A stretch of 63,811 nt of DNA, the filler included, from Hyphochytrium catenoides (taxonomy: Eukaryota; Protista; Hyphochytriomycota), in assembly GCA_900088475.1 (NCBI GenBank). It is 7 parts of 7 records of this genome, joined end to end, with 100 filler letters (N's around TTAATTAATTAA, not from the genome) between each part and the next. Parts side by side here need not be neighbours in the genome. Positions count along the whole stretch, not along the records: positions 32,515 to 53,321 come from FLMG01003651.1; 6 more parts are not named here. The stretch is one strand, 5' to 3'. Within the stretch, counting starts at the first letter, position 1. Every line of letters begins with the position of its first letter. The position numbers and the translations under genes were made by a program. Under the pieces are notes generated by a model. The model saw only the letters and a program-made list of their open reading frames with translations, had not been told where the DNA came from and did no database searches. This document shows, piece after piece, positions 39,483 to 52,086 of this stretch.

Positions 39483-41665
39483 TCAGGTGTCAATCGCCGG
39501 GATGCCCAGCAACTCCAAGATCAATCCACCATGATTCCAGACTGTAACTTGTCTGACAATCTTATTATCTACAACCCAAGTAGGAGTTAGACAAGCCAAC
39601 GACACCCTGACGGTAGAAAGCGAAGACGGCAGAAACGGTACCACAGAATGTGACTAGGCGTCAAGGATGGACCACTTCCAAAGACAATGACACGACGCGA
39701 ATTCATAAGAGCTAGGTCTAATACTCTCTCTTACCTTTAAAGGTGATGATCGCGTGTCCATTAACTCTTATCTTCTTGTTGGTTGGTAAGACCCCGAAGA
39801 TACCCTCAATCTGAGTTCCGATCATCGTAAACGATACCTTAAACTGATAGGAGCAAGCCGCAGTAAGCATCAAGTAGACTGGCGATAGTGAAAGGGCCAT
39901 ACAGAACCGGCCAAAAGTGCATTTAGAGTGGACGACTATGGGGTGGCGGATGCGCAATACTGGATAGAGGATCACCTGCGTTGCGAGGTTGTCTTCAACC
40001 GTGACCTTGTGGCTTATGGTGCAGTCAGGGAAGGAGTCAATTAGCTTCTTCCACCAATTCAACAGTGCTTTCACGCCTTTGACTTCTCCTTCCACATCGG
40101 GGTAAAGACCTATCACGTTCTCGTCATAGTTTTCCTGTCAATTGAACGACGAAACGTCAGAAAGCTTCATAGGCAGCAAGGAATGCGAGGGCATCGTGGC
40201 CCCGCGAGACAGAGCAATAAGATTGGCAGTGCTCTTACATAACACAGCTGTTCAAAATCTGGGTAGCCTCCAGCGTTGAGGCCGTCAATCGCAGTTTCTA
40301 GCAGTTTTATCCTTTCCTGACATAGTTTATCAATTTCTTGCTTGTCCTGCGTAGAGAGGAACATCGTCAGAGTGTAGACTTCGCGACCCAGAAGTCCAGA
40401 CAAGGCAGAGAGAGTTATAGGGGCTATCGGGCGTCTGCTTTCCCACGCCTTCTTACCGGTTGTACGCATCCTCTTATGGTCCTTCCTGGAGATTCTGACT
40501 TCATTTCTGCTTTCACAGCTGAAGGTTAATGAAGCTGCTGCTGTCCGCATACCCATCTTTCAATGTCTCTTACCCCTTGAGTCAGAGGCACTGTCCCCAT
40601 CTGACACCTTGCCAATTTGCTTCACTTTTTGTATGGTCTCGAGCAATCGCTGACGCTCTTCTTCCAGCTCCTTGGTTCGTTCTTCTAGATGATCCAGTCT
40701 GTCCTGCTTTTTCTTTCTAGACTTGCGGACTGACTCTCTTTTCCTCTCTCTTTTCTTCATCAGCTTTTCCTCTTCTGTCTCAAATGGATTCCTGCTTCGC
40801 GCTGTGCAAACCAGCCACAAGGTCAACCACATACGAAAGGTTTAAAGGGTGATGGAGAGAATCGAGTGTTAGTTTGCCATAGATCTACAACTGGAGCATC
40901 AAGACGTACACGAGCAGAAAAGACTAGACAGAGACAGCGGAAACGTCAGTGAGAGGACGCGAACGGCAAACAGACACAGGAGGCAACGGAAGTACCAACG
41001 GCTCTACCTAACCTCGCTTGTTGCTTCCCAGGAAAAGTTCAGGCTTTATCGACCCTGGTAATCCTGAAGATGGGAGCGGTGTCCCCGCCGGACCGATTTG
41101 AGAGTGGTCCAGGAGTTCTGTTGGATATGGTGGGGCCATCAAGCCTGACATAACAGAGCTACGTAAGCAAAGTTCCTCTTTACGGTGCTTTGCCTTCCTC
41201 TCACTCTACTGTAGGCCCTCGATCCTTAGTTCTCGAGCTCGTCTGCCCCTGCGCCCTCTTACCCCTCTCCCAATACACTTGCATCCTTCTCCCCCAACCC
41301 CACCCCAAACCACTATATTCATTTTCACACCCAGCTCGTGACGCAGCCCTGAGAAATTGCACATCCTCAGCCAAGCCCCGCTCCCTTACCAGAGGCTGTT
41401 GACACTGCAGGATAACCTTCCAATAAGGCCTTCATAACGTCTGTCTCCAACGCTGCAGGAAGTCCAAGAGAGATCGCATCAAACATCCGCAGGAGATATT
41501 AGAACAAAGAGCCAAGGCACCCATGGTGAGGTATAGACACTAACCTAAGCTTGGTCCAGAGGGTAAAGCCATGTCCATCGCGCTCATCTGCGACTGAGCG
41601 AATAGAACCGGGTTCAGCCCCGACATGTGTAGGTATGGATCACTCGACGGCGGAAGGCGATCCAT
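39483..41665 (-). CDS. bZIP transcription factor fused to a C-terminal SnoaL/NTF2-like (ester cyclase-type) domain, multi-exon; start uncertain
   Basis: Basic region and zipper KKRERKRESVRKSRKKKQDRLDHLEERTKELEEERQRLLETIQK. C-terminal exons splice to ..LIDSFPD..FTMIGTQ..IFGVLPTNKKIRVNGHAIITFKDNKIVRQVTVWNHGGLILELLG*, matching the SnoaL pattern GT..G.F.G..PTGK.....G......DGKI. Confidence 0.8.
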
Positions 41666-44600
41666 ATTGCCGATATCCCGCGCGGCAAACCGCGGCCCAG
41701 AACAAGCAACCCTCTAGCCTATAGAGATGATTGATCTCCAACTCCCGCTGCCTGCTCTTCGGCCAGAAACGACTAATCGTCAGCACAGACGAGCCTTGGT
41801 CTCGAAGTTCCTTTCCATCAGCGACAGGCCAATACTTTGTCCTTTGTTGAGAGCTTCTGATGATTGGGACTCGTCTTCAAATGACAAAGGAGTTTCCGCA
41901 GCGTCCCAAGAGCGCAGCACTGCGAGACAGAGCACGAGGGTTTGTCATACAGAAGATAATTCTGAGCCCGAGAGAGGGGACAAACGTCAGGTTTATGCGA
42001 GAAAGAGCGTGGTAAGAGATACGCATGACATTGAAAGAGGTGAGTAAGGGGGATTCTGGTGTTTGCCCCCGCTGCGGTCTCAGCACTGGGCGCTCCTGAC
42101 CTGGCTCTGCGTTCACCTGTCTTTTATTATCGGAACGGCAGTCAAGAAAGAAAGGGAACAGCCCTAAGACGGACGGTGTTTCTCTAGGTAATATGGCTGT
42201 TGTATCAATGAGACATATATGTGTGAGGCGGTATATGCTTAGGTAGGAACATAGGAAACTGAGGGTGATTGGAAGAGGGAGGACAAGGGACTGGCCTCTA
42301 GGTTAGCTGTTGGCTGTTTTTCCTTTCTCTTTATGACTTTCTTAGAGCTGTTCGCAAGAGAGATGAGATATAAATCTTCAATCAATCCCCAGCTTCTTTG
42401 ATGTGTGCTCAAGATAAAGGCTTTAGATGAGGCGTAGACCATTAGGAAGTTCTGTACTTCCTTAGGTTGATGAAGCTTGCAAACAATCACCTCTTCTTCG
42501 GCGCTATGAAGGACAAAAGAAGAGGGAGCGTTGTGACTGTGCCGTCGCTGTGTGGGTCTTGAGACTGCGACAAGCTTCAACATGACAGTTAGACGGAGGG
42601 AAGAGGAGGATGTGCACTAATATGCGTTGTTGACAAGTAGCATAGGTGCCAGACCTAGCGTAGCTGTTTCTTGTTAGCCGGATGGCGATGAGTCACTCCT
42701 TAATAGTGAGGTCTACCTGCTGCATGAGGCCGCTCCAGACTACGCAAGGCCCTGATGCATATGGGCATACGGTGTAGACTTTTATATTTCCTCCAGCTGA
42801 GTCATTGGGTCGAACTAACCTTCTTTATTACCGTCATATATTTGGTGCATAGACGATCGATCTCTTCTGTCATCCCTACTGTATCATCATCATCATCATC
42901 GCTATTTCCTTAAGGACAAGACGTTCAAGGGGCGTTGGTTCCGCGGTAACAGTGGTGCGAACGGCAATATATCTCAACTAATGATGACTGTTACGCTGTG
43001 GCGGTAATAATGCAAATCAAACGGTCAATGCTGACGTTCAATCACCAGCTAACCAGGAAGCCCCCACCCGCCTTATTAGAGGGGAGAAGCGTTAAGGACC
43101 AGCATGATGAGGTCCTGCTAGGTAGATCCTTCAGTATAGTATACCTAAAAGGGCTCAAGAGTGAAAGGTGTGTTATTAACACCGCACTCGCTGCTGATCA
43201 ATGACACTCTCAAAACTTCCTTATCTCTGACTTAGCAAGAACAAAGCCCGTAGCGACACCCTCTTTTCTCGTCGTCGTGGGCCATCATGAGGCCTCGGTA
43301 TGATGGCGTAATGTGCCATCCTGATAACACCTTGATGCCGCCGGGAATCGATAAAGTGATAGGTGCCGCCGGAACACTGATAGAGTAATTATGAAGAGCG
43401 ATAAGAGTGAAGTTGCCGCCATCTACTAGCGATAATAGTCAATCTGCGATGTTTCCAAATGTTTGAGGCTACTCGAAGGCAGTCGTGTTTGCGACTTCGC
43501 CTGTCGTGCTGCAAGAACTGCCTCTATTCAATGCGCATGGACCACTTTCTCTTTCTCGTCCTTTCGTTCCGAGGGCCTCGCATACTTCACAACCCCTGGC
43601 CACAGCGGCCACGGATCTCTCAGTAACAGCATATCATAAGCAAAGCAGCGCGTATCAATTGTGAGATGCGTCTTGTCACACGGTCTTCACTGCATCCGCG
43701 TGGTGGTGAGTGCGGCCCCTCGTCGTCTTCGTCTGGTCGGTACTACTACTGCTAAACCTGCCTCCCTGCTTGCCCTACCTAGCTCCCTCTACTACGAGCT
43801 CTTCCTCCATCACTCTCTGCCGTGCGGATGCCTTTCTTGAGATCTCTCCCACCAGCAGACATCAATATTAATAATGAAGCTTCAAGCTTCTGTTCCACTC
43901 CCTCCCACCAGCCCCTCTCTGATGAGGGAATTCAAATTCAAGACAAGGCAGAGTTTATCTTTTGTGGCGGACGTGGGGAACATTCATCGTTAATTTCTCA
44001 GCTGGCAAACTTGAGGTAATTTTGGAAGCATTTTTTGGACCCATTATTACTTTTGCAAAATGGCGACTGTTAGGAGACTGGTGAGCAGCCACACTTGGCA
44101 TGTTATTATCGGGTGGTTGAGGTCAAGAAAGAATAGAAAAGATTCATCGGAAAGTATTCTCGAAGAGTTACGACAAGCGCACGTTATTCCTGATCCTGAC
44201 ACAAAGATCTCTCTCCCTGCTAGATAAATACTGCTTTATTGAGAACGAAGCTGATTCTGTTGAAGTGTGAAGAAGATCGTGTAAAGAAAGGGAGAAAGGG
44301 AGTGTGAGAGAAGGGAGAGGAAGGGAGAGAAGCAGGAAGAGACAGAGCGGAGGAGAGAGAACCAATGTGACCTCAAGACAGAGTGGTGCGACGGCAACAG
44401 ACAGAGAGCGAAAGATATACTACGGGATCATAGAAAGTCAGCGTTAGAATCCATACAGATTCAGAGCGAGATGGATAGAAGAGAGAGGAAGAATTCGCGA
44501 ATGTCCAAAAGCTGCCACGGCAGCAGGATGCCTATCATTAGCTTGGAGAGAGAGGAGGGACAGAAAGGACAATGGACGGAAACCTTTGGCCTTTGCTGCC

Positions 44601-44792
44601 ACTGTCCGCGTCACCTCAGACCGCGCTCAACTGCTGCAAGCCAGCACTTCGCGTCCAAACCATAGCTTCCCTTACAAGCTCTTCTTAGCTTAGGACTGGG
44701 TGTGCAGAGAGAGAAAGAGAGAAAGAGAAAGTCAAGACTGTTGAGCGAAAGAAGAGCTGCGTATCTGGCGAGGCGCAGGTTGCTCTTCTCCT

Positions 44793-47700
44793 ATGGCGGT
44801 CTTGTTCACTTTAGCAGCCGTCCTTCTGAGCTCAGAGGCCGCGCGAGCGATTATCCAGGACACAGTGGCCGATCTCACTGTTATCTTTGCTGATAATTTC
44901 CTAGCCTTTGTTTCGGCTGTGTGGGTCGTCAGCTTGCTTTGTCTGCTCTACAGCCTGTTCCCTCTTCATAAGATGGTGGCCACGGATGATGATAGGTATT
45001 TTCTATTGAGATCGGTTTCTCTCTTGCCCTACTCCTTTTTAGTCTCCCTAGTTCCTTGATCTCTGACTCTATGGAATAGGCTCTTCTCACTAACTTTTTG
45101 GGTTATGGTAGTTCTCTGCATTTGCCTTCTTCTTTCGCTCTTTCTTTCTACTTTCCTCGTCTTCCGTCGCCCTACTTTCGCTCTTTTTCCCAGTTCTAGT
45201 CGGCAACGATGTTTTGCATGTCTATGTGAAAAGATAACCAACTTCTTTACCTTTATCCACAGCTGCTTCGCAGGGGCTGATGCCGACCAGATTGCTATGA
45301 TGAACGAGGAATGCATCCTTTTGGATCAGAATGACAACGTCATTGGCCACGACACGAAGAAGAACTGCCATCTGAACTCTAGGATTTTCCCGGAAGATAG
45401 TCATGAACCAAGCCTCCTCCATCGCGCATTCTCTGTCTTTCTTTTTAACAAGAAGGGTGAGCTGCTCATGCAGAAGCGAGCGGCAGAGAAGATCACCTTC
45501 CCACATTTCTGGGCCAACTCCTGCTGCTCCCATCCTCTCTATCGCCCAGAAGAGCTGGAAGGGATAGAAGGAGCTAAACGTGCAGCTGTGAGAAAGATCC
45601 AGCAGGAATTAGGCATCGACCCTTCGCAGCTTCCTCTATCGTCCTTCCATTTCTTGACGCGGATCTACTATAAGGCACGAAGTGATGCTACTTGGGGCGA
45701 GCATGAAATCGACTACATTCTCTTCTGCACCCCTCCGGAAGATGTCACGCTAAATTTGAATCCCAACGAGGTGGCAGAAGCACGATACTTCTCCCGGGAG
45801 CAGCTTGATACCTTTGTACGCCTGAGCGATGATAATGGCGACCTTGTCTCTCCTTGGTTCCGTGTCATTCATGCATTGAAGCTAGGCGAATGGTGGGACG
45901 CTATGCTAGCTGGAAAGCTGCAGGACAAGGTGGATTTGGAGAAGATCCACCATTGGGGAATGGCCGGCAATACGACGAAGAACTTTGTGGCTAGGGAAGA
46001 GGGCGTGACATCTGGTTCCTCTACGTCTCTCGCTTCCTCGCCAGCGTCAGTAGTGAAGAAGCAGGGCGCTTACGGAAAGGTGCCAATTCATCAGCACAGC
46101 CTCCGCTCGCAGCTATCCCATCTGGATGAAGTGATTGCAGCTATAAGGCTCAAGTATCTGAGCAGTGCGCTGACGCCTGAGGGCAAACTTGAAGGTAAAA
46201 TCTTTTCCATCCGTCTGCCGCTCTCCTTCTTATCCTTGCTTTCTATTATTGGGCGTGTATGACTCCCTTTCAAGGTGTGCGGGACTAGACTAGTGATGAC
46301 TTTTGTTTGTTTGCTGTCATCTCTCGCCTTCAACTCTATTCGCTCTCCCCCATCTCCTGTTAACCATGCGCGATCGACTCCAAAACTACCTTCTTGCTAG
46401 GCAACCCGGATCAGGAGTACGCGGTGAAGATGATGAACCGGACCAGCCGAAGCTTTTCTGCGGTCACTTTACAACTCCCAGCTGAGCTCTGTCTGCCTGT
46501 CTGTGTCTTCTATCTTACACTACGCGCGCTTGACACCGTTGAGGACGATATGCAGAGCTTTACCAATGTGGAGGAAAAGACCAACCACCTGCGGAACTTT
46601 CATAAGTACTTGGATCAAGATGGTTGGACGATGGACGGTGTTGGAGAGGGTGAGTCCTTCCACATGCTTCTCTTTCTTCACCGTTACTCTATCTCTGTCC
46701 TCAGTTCCTTTCCTTCTCCGGGGCTTACTAGCCCCTGCTCTTCTCTCCGTCCTTCCTTTATGTTAAACACCCAAACATCGAATCTTTGCAAACTCCTTCT
46801 TCTATTCGCTTTCCAGCCCTTGGCAGATGGGTCGTTTTAACTCTTCGTCATCTCAGGAGATGAGCAAGCTCTGTTGCAGTCATTTGATCGGATCATTCGA
46901 GTGTATCGCACTCTTAAGCCCGAATATCAGGCCATCATACAGGACATCACGAGAAGGATGGGAGAAGGAATGGCTGAGTTCTGCCATCGAGACATGAGAC
47001 AAGGCACACAGACCATGGCAGAGTATAACAAGTACTGCTTCTACGTGGCAGGTGAGAAAAAGAAAGCTTCATCCACCTCCAAGAAGAGCGAATAGATAAC
47101 TTATGCGACCGACTCTGCACACGACTAAATGTGAGGGGGGCAAAGGAAAAAGGTCATCTCCCCTGGGTGATAATCGAGAGTGCTGAGAAATAACTTCTAT
47201 AGAAACATTTTTGCGCTGATGGTACCGCTCCTTATGATCTCAGGTCTCGTGGGAGAAGGGCTCTCTGCATTATTCTCAAGCAGTGGCCTCGAGAGCTCTG
47301 CAGTAGTACAGAGGAAGTATCTATCCCACTCCATGGGTCAATTTTTGCAGAAGGTCAGTTCCTCGTGCCCTTCTATTCGTTTGATCACTCTCAGGCTTAG
47401 TTTTAAAGGCTGTCTGGGCGTCCCGCGTAGTCTGGGGAATGTTGGTCATCCTCGTAGTGGGATCCAGAGTTCAACCTACCTCTGTGATCTACGCATAGTC
47501 GCTCAAGTTCTGCTCTGTCTCTTTGATCTTGGCACTCCTCAGGTCAACATTATCCGCGATTACCTTGAAGACTACGTGGATGGGCGCTCCTTTTGGCCAG
47601 CAACCATCTGGAAGAAGTATGCGTCAGAGCTTGGCGTCCTTGCGGAGCCTTTTAATGATTCTCAGCAGTTGACGGGATCGGAAAAGAAGAACCGTAGCCT

Positions 47701-48899
47701 CTCTTCTTCTCTGTCTTGTTTGAATGAGATGGTACTGGACGCTCTGCAACACGTCGAGGAGTGCGTAGAGTATCTCCGACAGATCAGAAACCCTCGGGTA
47801 TTCCGCTTTTGCGCCATCCCGCAGGTCATGGCAATAGCCACTCTCGCTGAAGTGTTCAACAACCCTCAGGTAAGCTATTGGCTTGTTCTTTTAACCTTGT
47901 CGGGCGCTTCAAGTATGAGCCAGAAGGGGAATGGCTGGAAGAGGAAGGCTAGGGAGAAAGACGAGATAGACAGAGCCTGCCTAACGATGCCTCCCTAAGG
48001 TTATAGTGATCATTGCAGTGATGGAACTGTTGGCTTCTTGACTTCTACGTGAGAGAGAGTTATCTGGGAACCGTGCACTGATTGATGTGCCTTCAAGGTC
48101 TTCACCGGCGTCGTAAAAATTCGTAAGGGGCTAGCGGCCAAACTGATCTTAGAGACTTCCAGCATCGAAGACGTGGAGAGTGTCTTCCTTGAATTTGCCA
48201 GAGCCATAGCTGCCAAGGTAATAGCAGCGCACTACGCAGCCTTATATCTGAAGTTTATCAGGTTGCCCTCAACAGTATCTTTTGAACGCTTTCCTAATCA
48301 TCCTCTTGTTATTCTCTGTAGAGTAACCCGTCAGACCCGAACACTAAGCAAATCTTGGACCTGGTGAGCAAGATTGAGGTGCTGACCACCTCTGGGACTC
48401 CGCCAGGACTGCTTCCAGTGAGACTCCAGGTGAGCCATGAGGGGCAACAATGGGGAGCCCGCATAGGCCTGGACCCAACGTTTGCCATTTAAGTAGTAGG
48501 ACCACGGTCAAGATAACGTGGCTGTCAGTGGCAGGGTTATAAGAGGAAACGGGAGGTGGAAAGAGGGTGAGAGAGAGCCGACAGAGGCATCTAACGTAGA
48601 GCTGGATCAAGTTCTAATATTTCATTCTCTTTGGACCGCTGCAGAGAGTGCTCAACATCCTGAGTCCTGCTCTATTTTTCATCCTCCTTGGATACTTCTT
48701 CCGCCGTCAGAAGGGGCGCGAGTACCTGCTGCCCCAGCTCACGGAGACTGGCGACGTGGTGGCGCTGGCGCTGATGTTCATCGTTATTGCCTACATGTTC
48801 GGCTTCCTCGGGATCCAATTCTCCCAATCCCTCTTGTCGTCACCCGAGAGCCACAGTGAAATGGCTCCTGCTGTGCGCAGCAAGAAGACAGTAAACTAA
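44793..48899 (+). CDS. IDISQS: Isopentenyl-diphosphate isomerase (type I) - squalene synthase fusion protein, multi-exon
   Basis: IDI motifs ECILLD.ND..IG..TKK.CH, LLHRAFSVFLFN, KITFP..WANSCCSHP, WGEHEIDYILF and NPNEV. The same exon runs without a stop into the SQS N-terminus. SQS motifs SRSFSAV, YLTLRALDTVEDDM, YCFYVAGLVG.GLS, MG.FLQKVNIIRDYLED, FCAIPQVMAIATL and VFTGVVKIRKG. Hydrophobic N- and C-termini. Confidence 0.93.
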
Positions 48900-49271
48900 G
48901 ATACATAAGGCAGATCGAGAAAGAGAGACTAAGTGGGGCGGCGCCTGCTCAAATTAAAATCAATGGGACTGGCTTCGGCTTGTTGTCACACAGTATCGTT
49001 CCTTCTGTCGATTGCCTAACGCTAAGGATTGCGAGCCTTCCACACGATGAAGCTTCAACTATGGGTGTGCTCTCCTGACTTGCCTGCGCTATCTTTCTGT
49101 GATGACTGCCTTCTTCCTCTATCTGCGACCTCTAACAGTTGTCTTTAGGAGTCCCTCTTTGTGAAGGTGGGAATCGGCGTCCCTATCTTCCCCTTCCTTT
49201 TCATAAGAGTCCGACCTAGGACAGACACTCTCGTGCTATGAGCTAAGAACTGCTGATCACCCTCTAGTGGC

Positions 49272-51039
49272 TTAGTCGTCTTCACTCTCCAGCAGCTGTT
49301 TAACAGTCTCAAAGGTACCAAAGGTAATGCCCACCATAGGCACCACCTTCAAGAGCTCAGGCGCAAGTCCCCTGTAGAGGCCTCTGACTCCTTGCTGCTT
49401 AAGTAGCTCCTGCAGTACCTGCAAGGGTCCTTTGGGGGCACCTGATAAATTAAGAAGGTTAGTGCAGGAGGCACTGACAAAGCGATGAGAACGCATAGAG
49501 AAAAAGAGCAATTATCAAACTGCAGAGCTTGTTCAACAGCAACAGAAGGCAGCATGGCAAGCATGAGAAAACAAGAACTATGAGGTACGGAGAGAAGTGA
49601 AGTAGACCCCAGTAAATTAAAATCACAACGGCCAAAGGACTGTCGCACCTGTGAGCCCTTGAAGTTGCATCCGCCTTCTAACGACATCCACGGGAAAAGT
49701 AACGGTGGACGAGGCGATGCCTGCAACTGCTCCGCAGGTGAGGCTGTCCACCAAGCTAAGCTCCCCTTGTCCATGAGACCAGCCATGGGTGATTGTGTAC
49801 TCCTTCAACGTCTCGTAAAGACTGTAGTTGATAGCCAGATTGGGCACTGTGACGCACAAAGTAGTTCCCAGACCACGATACATGCCCCTGATGCCTGATA
49901 CAACGCACACACTTAGTGGAACGCGCTAACTAAGAACACGGAAGGTGAGCAACAAGCGAGGTAGGAAGGAGGAAGGGTGATGTAGTGGGAAAGCTCCGAG
50001 AGAGACATACAAATAACCAACAGTCTCGGAGAAGCCTGGTGCATTCCTGGTCTTCAGCAGGACTATTGTGTCTTACCCTCATCTCTAAGAATCACCGAAA
50101 AGGCATGGCTAATCCCTCGATATCGGATGTCCCATTCTGGCTGCGTGGCAAGCCTGGTCCTGATAAGGTCAAGCGGGTAGCAGGTAGATGTGGCAACCAT
50201 TCCTGTCGCAAGATCAAAGGGCAGTGACAACGCACGAGAGCAGCGAGAGGGTAAGATGGAGAATTGTCTGGTTAAGCGAGGGCCTCGGCGAAAGAATATA
50301 ATGGAAAGGTAACGGAGGCTATATAAGCTAGGCATGTGACGTGTTGCTGCACCTGCGCCAGCTCCAGCAATAAATCGGATGAGCGGGTCCTCATCCTTCA
50401 TCTTTTCTGGATGGCTGCGTCTGAGTATCCTCTTGAAGTTCTCGTAGGCCAGAAAATTAGCTGCAGAGTACGGGAACCTATGAATGATGCTTGTGCCATT
50501 TCCCTTCCAGAATGCAATAACGCCTTCCTTTCTAATCACTTTCTTCACGGCACCCAGTAGGGAGTCGGCGTACTGAGTATTTCCTTTGGTAGAGACCATG
50601 GAGTGGACCTGTCCGAACAGGAGAAAAGGATTCGGCTCTCACTAAGATGGTCGTTGATAGTGGGGCATAGGTGGAAGCACGAAGTAGCATAGTGCACAGC
50701 GAGATGGGTAGACGAAGAGACAAACAGAAAAGAGGGTTCAATGAGAGGTGTAAAACTTTGTGGCGGTCAACTTACCTGGAACAAGATGGTTAATCGGCTC
50801 AATGGCGCTGTTACGCTCTTGGCAACACAGCCCGCCAGCCCGCCCGCAATTAGCACATTTATCTGCTGCTTGTGATTCATTAGGTCCACCTCTTCCTCAA
50901 TCGTCAAATCTGGCTCATCTGTGATGGCCAAGGCGCCAGAGCCAGCAACCAGCGAGTGGCGCCTCGTTAGAAGGGCTCCCGGCCTTGAGGCTCGAGAGTT
51001 CTGACGCTGAGGTCGGTCGTCCATTGCAGGGCCTGTCAT
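49272..51039 (-). CDS. Mitochondrial carrier family (SLC25) protein, adenine-nucleotide/CoA-carrier-like clade, multi-exon
   Basis: Three carrier repeats (APLSRLTILFQ, YPLDLIRTRL, FPVDVVRRRMQ), plus EG..AFWKGNG..I.HRFPYSA..F..YE and GLYRGL.PE.LKVVP.VGI.F..FE. Substrate not determined. Confidence 0.9.
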
Positions 51040-51756
51040 TTTGCTTTGTCTTTGGCTCCGCGCAACTCCCCAAAATATGGCGAAGTGCAAACCACTATAT
51101 ACTTAGAGCAAAAAATAGCTTCTTTCACGATTCCATGATGAGTTCACCGTCATGTAGAGAATCACCTTTCCCTATCGAGGAACGTCTCTAAGAGGTGACA
51201 AGGCTCTGCACTCGTTGTCCACTGAGCTTCACCTTGAATTAGATATATCCACTTGCGCTATTGGCAGTCTTCAGTGTTACGTGAGTCCAGTGAGAACCTG
51301 TTCGGGCATCCGGATAACAGGCGAGTGCAGATGTGATCAACAGCGAGGTCCATCGAAGCGCAGCAGAGCTGTAGCCTAGAGTCGTTCCGTCTTCACCTCA
51401 ACTTATGCTAAACCATGCATGTCCATATCCGAACTCAGAAAGCTCTACGAAAAGAATCTCAGGTCTCATGAGCTGTCGCGTGCCTTGTGAGCTAGTGAGT
51501 GATGCCAGGCAAGTCATTGATCTCCATCTCTGATCAGCAGTCAGTCGGTCTGACAGGAAGTCAGCAGGTACAGTCTCCTTTACTTCTGATGATGAGCGGC
51601 GCTTATTGAACTTCCCCCAGGAATGAACTGTATCGATAACTAGTACACACTAAACAGTGATTATCAAGAGATTCTGTCAATCATTGTCATCTTTCCGCAA
51701 AACTCTGTTGACGTCTGGGAGATCTCTGAATACGGGCAAGATCTACAAAGGGGACG

Positions 51757-52086
51757 AATCTCTGATGAGGCCTGGAGCATTTTATTGGCAAAGCATGCAA
51801 TGCTTATCGAATGGTCTCTCTTACGTCTGCTCTTTGACGTCTTGTATCTACCTTGTATCACTATCTGATGTGATGTGACTACCCATTGGTTGTTGTTGTC
51901 GTCTGTTGATACACGTTACGTAGGGATATAATCTCTGAGGCTCGGAGCATTGTTGGCAAAGTATGCAATGCTAATTGAATGGTCTCTTACGTCTGCTGAC
52001 TTCATCTTTGACGTCTTGTACCTTGTGTAACTATCTGATGTGGTGTGACTACCAATCGCTTGTTGTCGTTTGTTGATACACTTTAC
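51757..52086. repeat. Diverged tandem direct repeat, two copies of about 160 bp (51757-51919, 51930-52086)
   Basis: Both copies share AATCTCTGA..GGAGCATT..TTGGCAAAG..TGCAATGCT..GAATGGTCTC..TTACGTCTGCT..TCTTTGACGTCTTGTA..CTATCTGATGTG..TGTGACTACC..TTGTTGTCG..TGTTGATACAC, with small indels. Confidence 0.85.

Noticed and set aside
51762-51795. CTGATGAG GCC...GGC AAA, a hammerhead-ribozyme-like core
   Set aside because: The required GAAA and stems I/III are absent, and the second repeat copy lacks CTGATGA.
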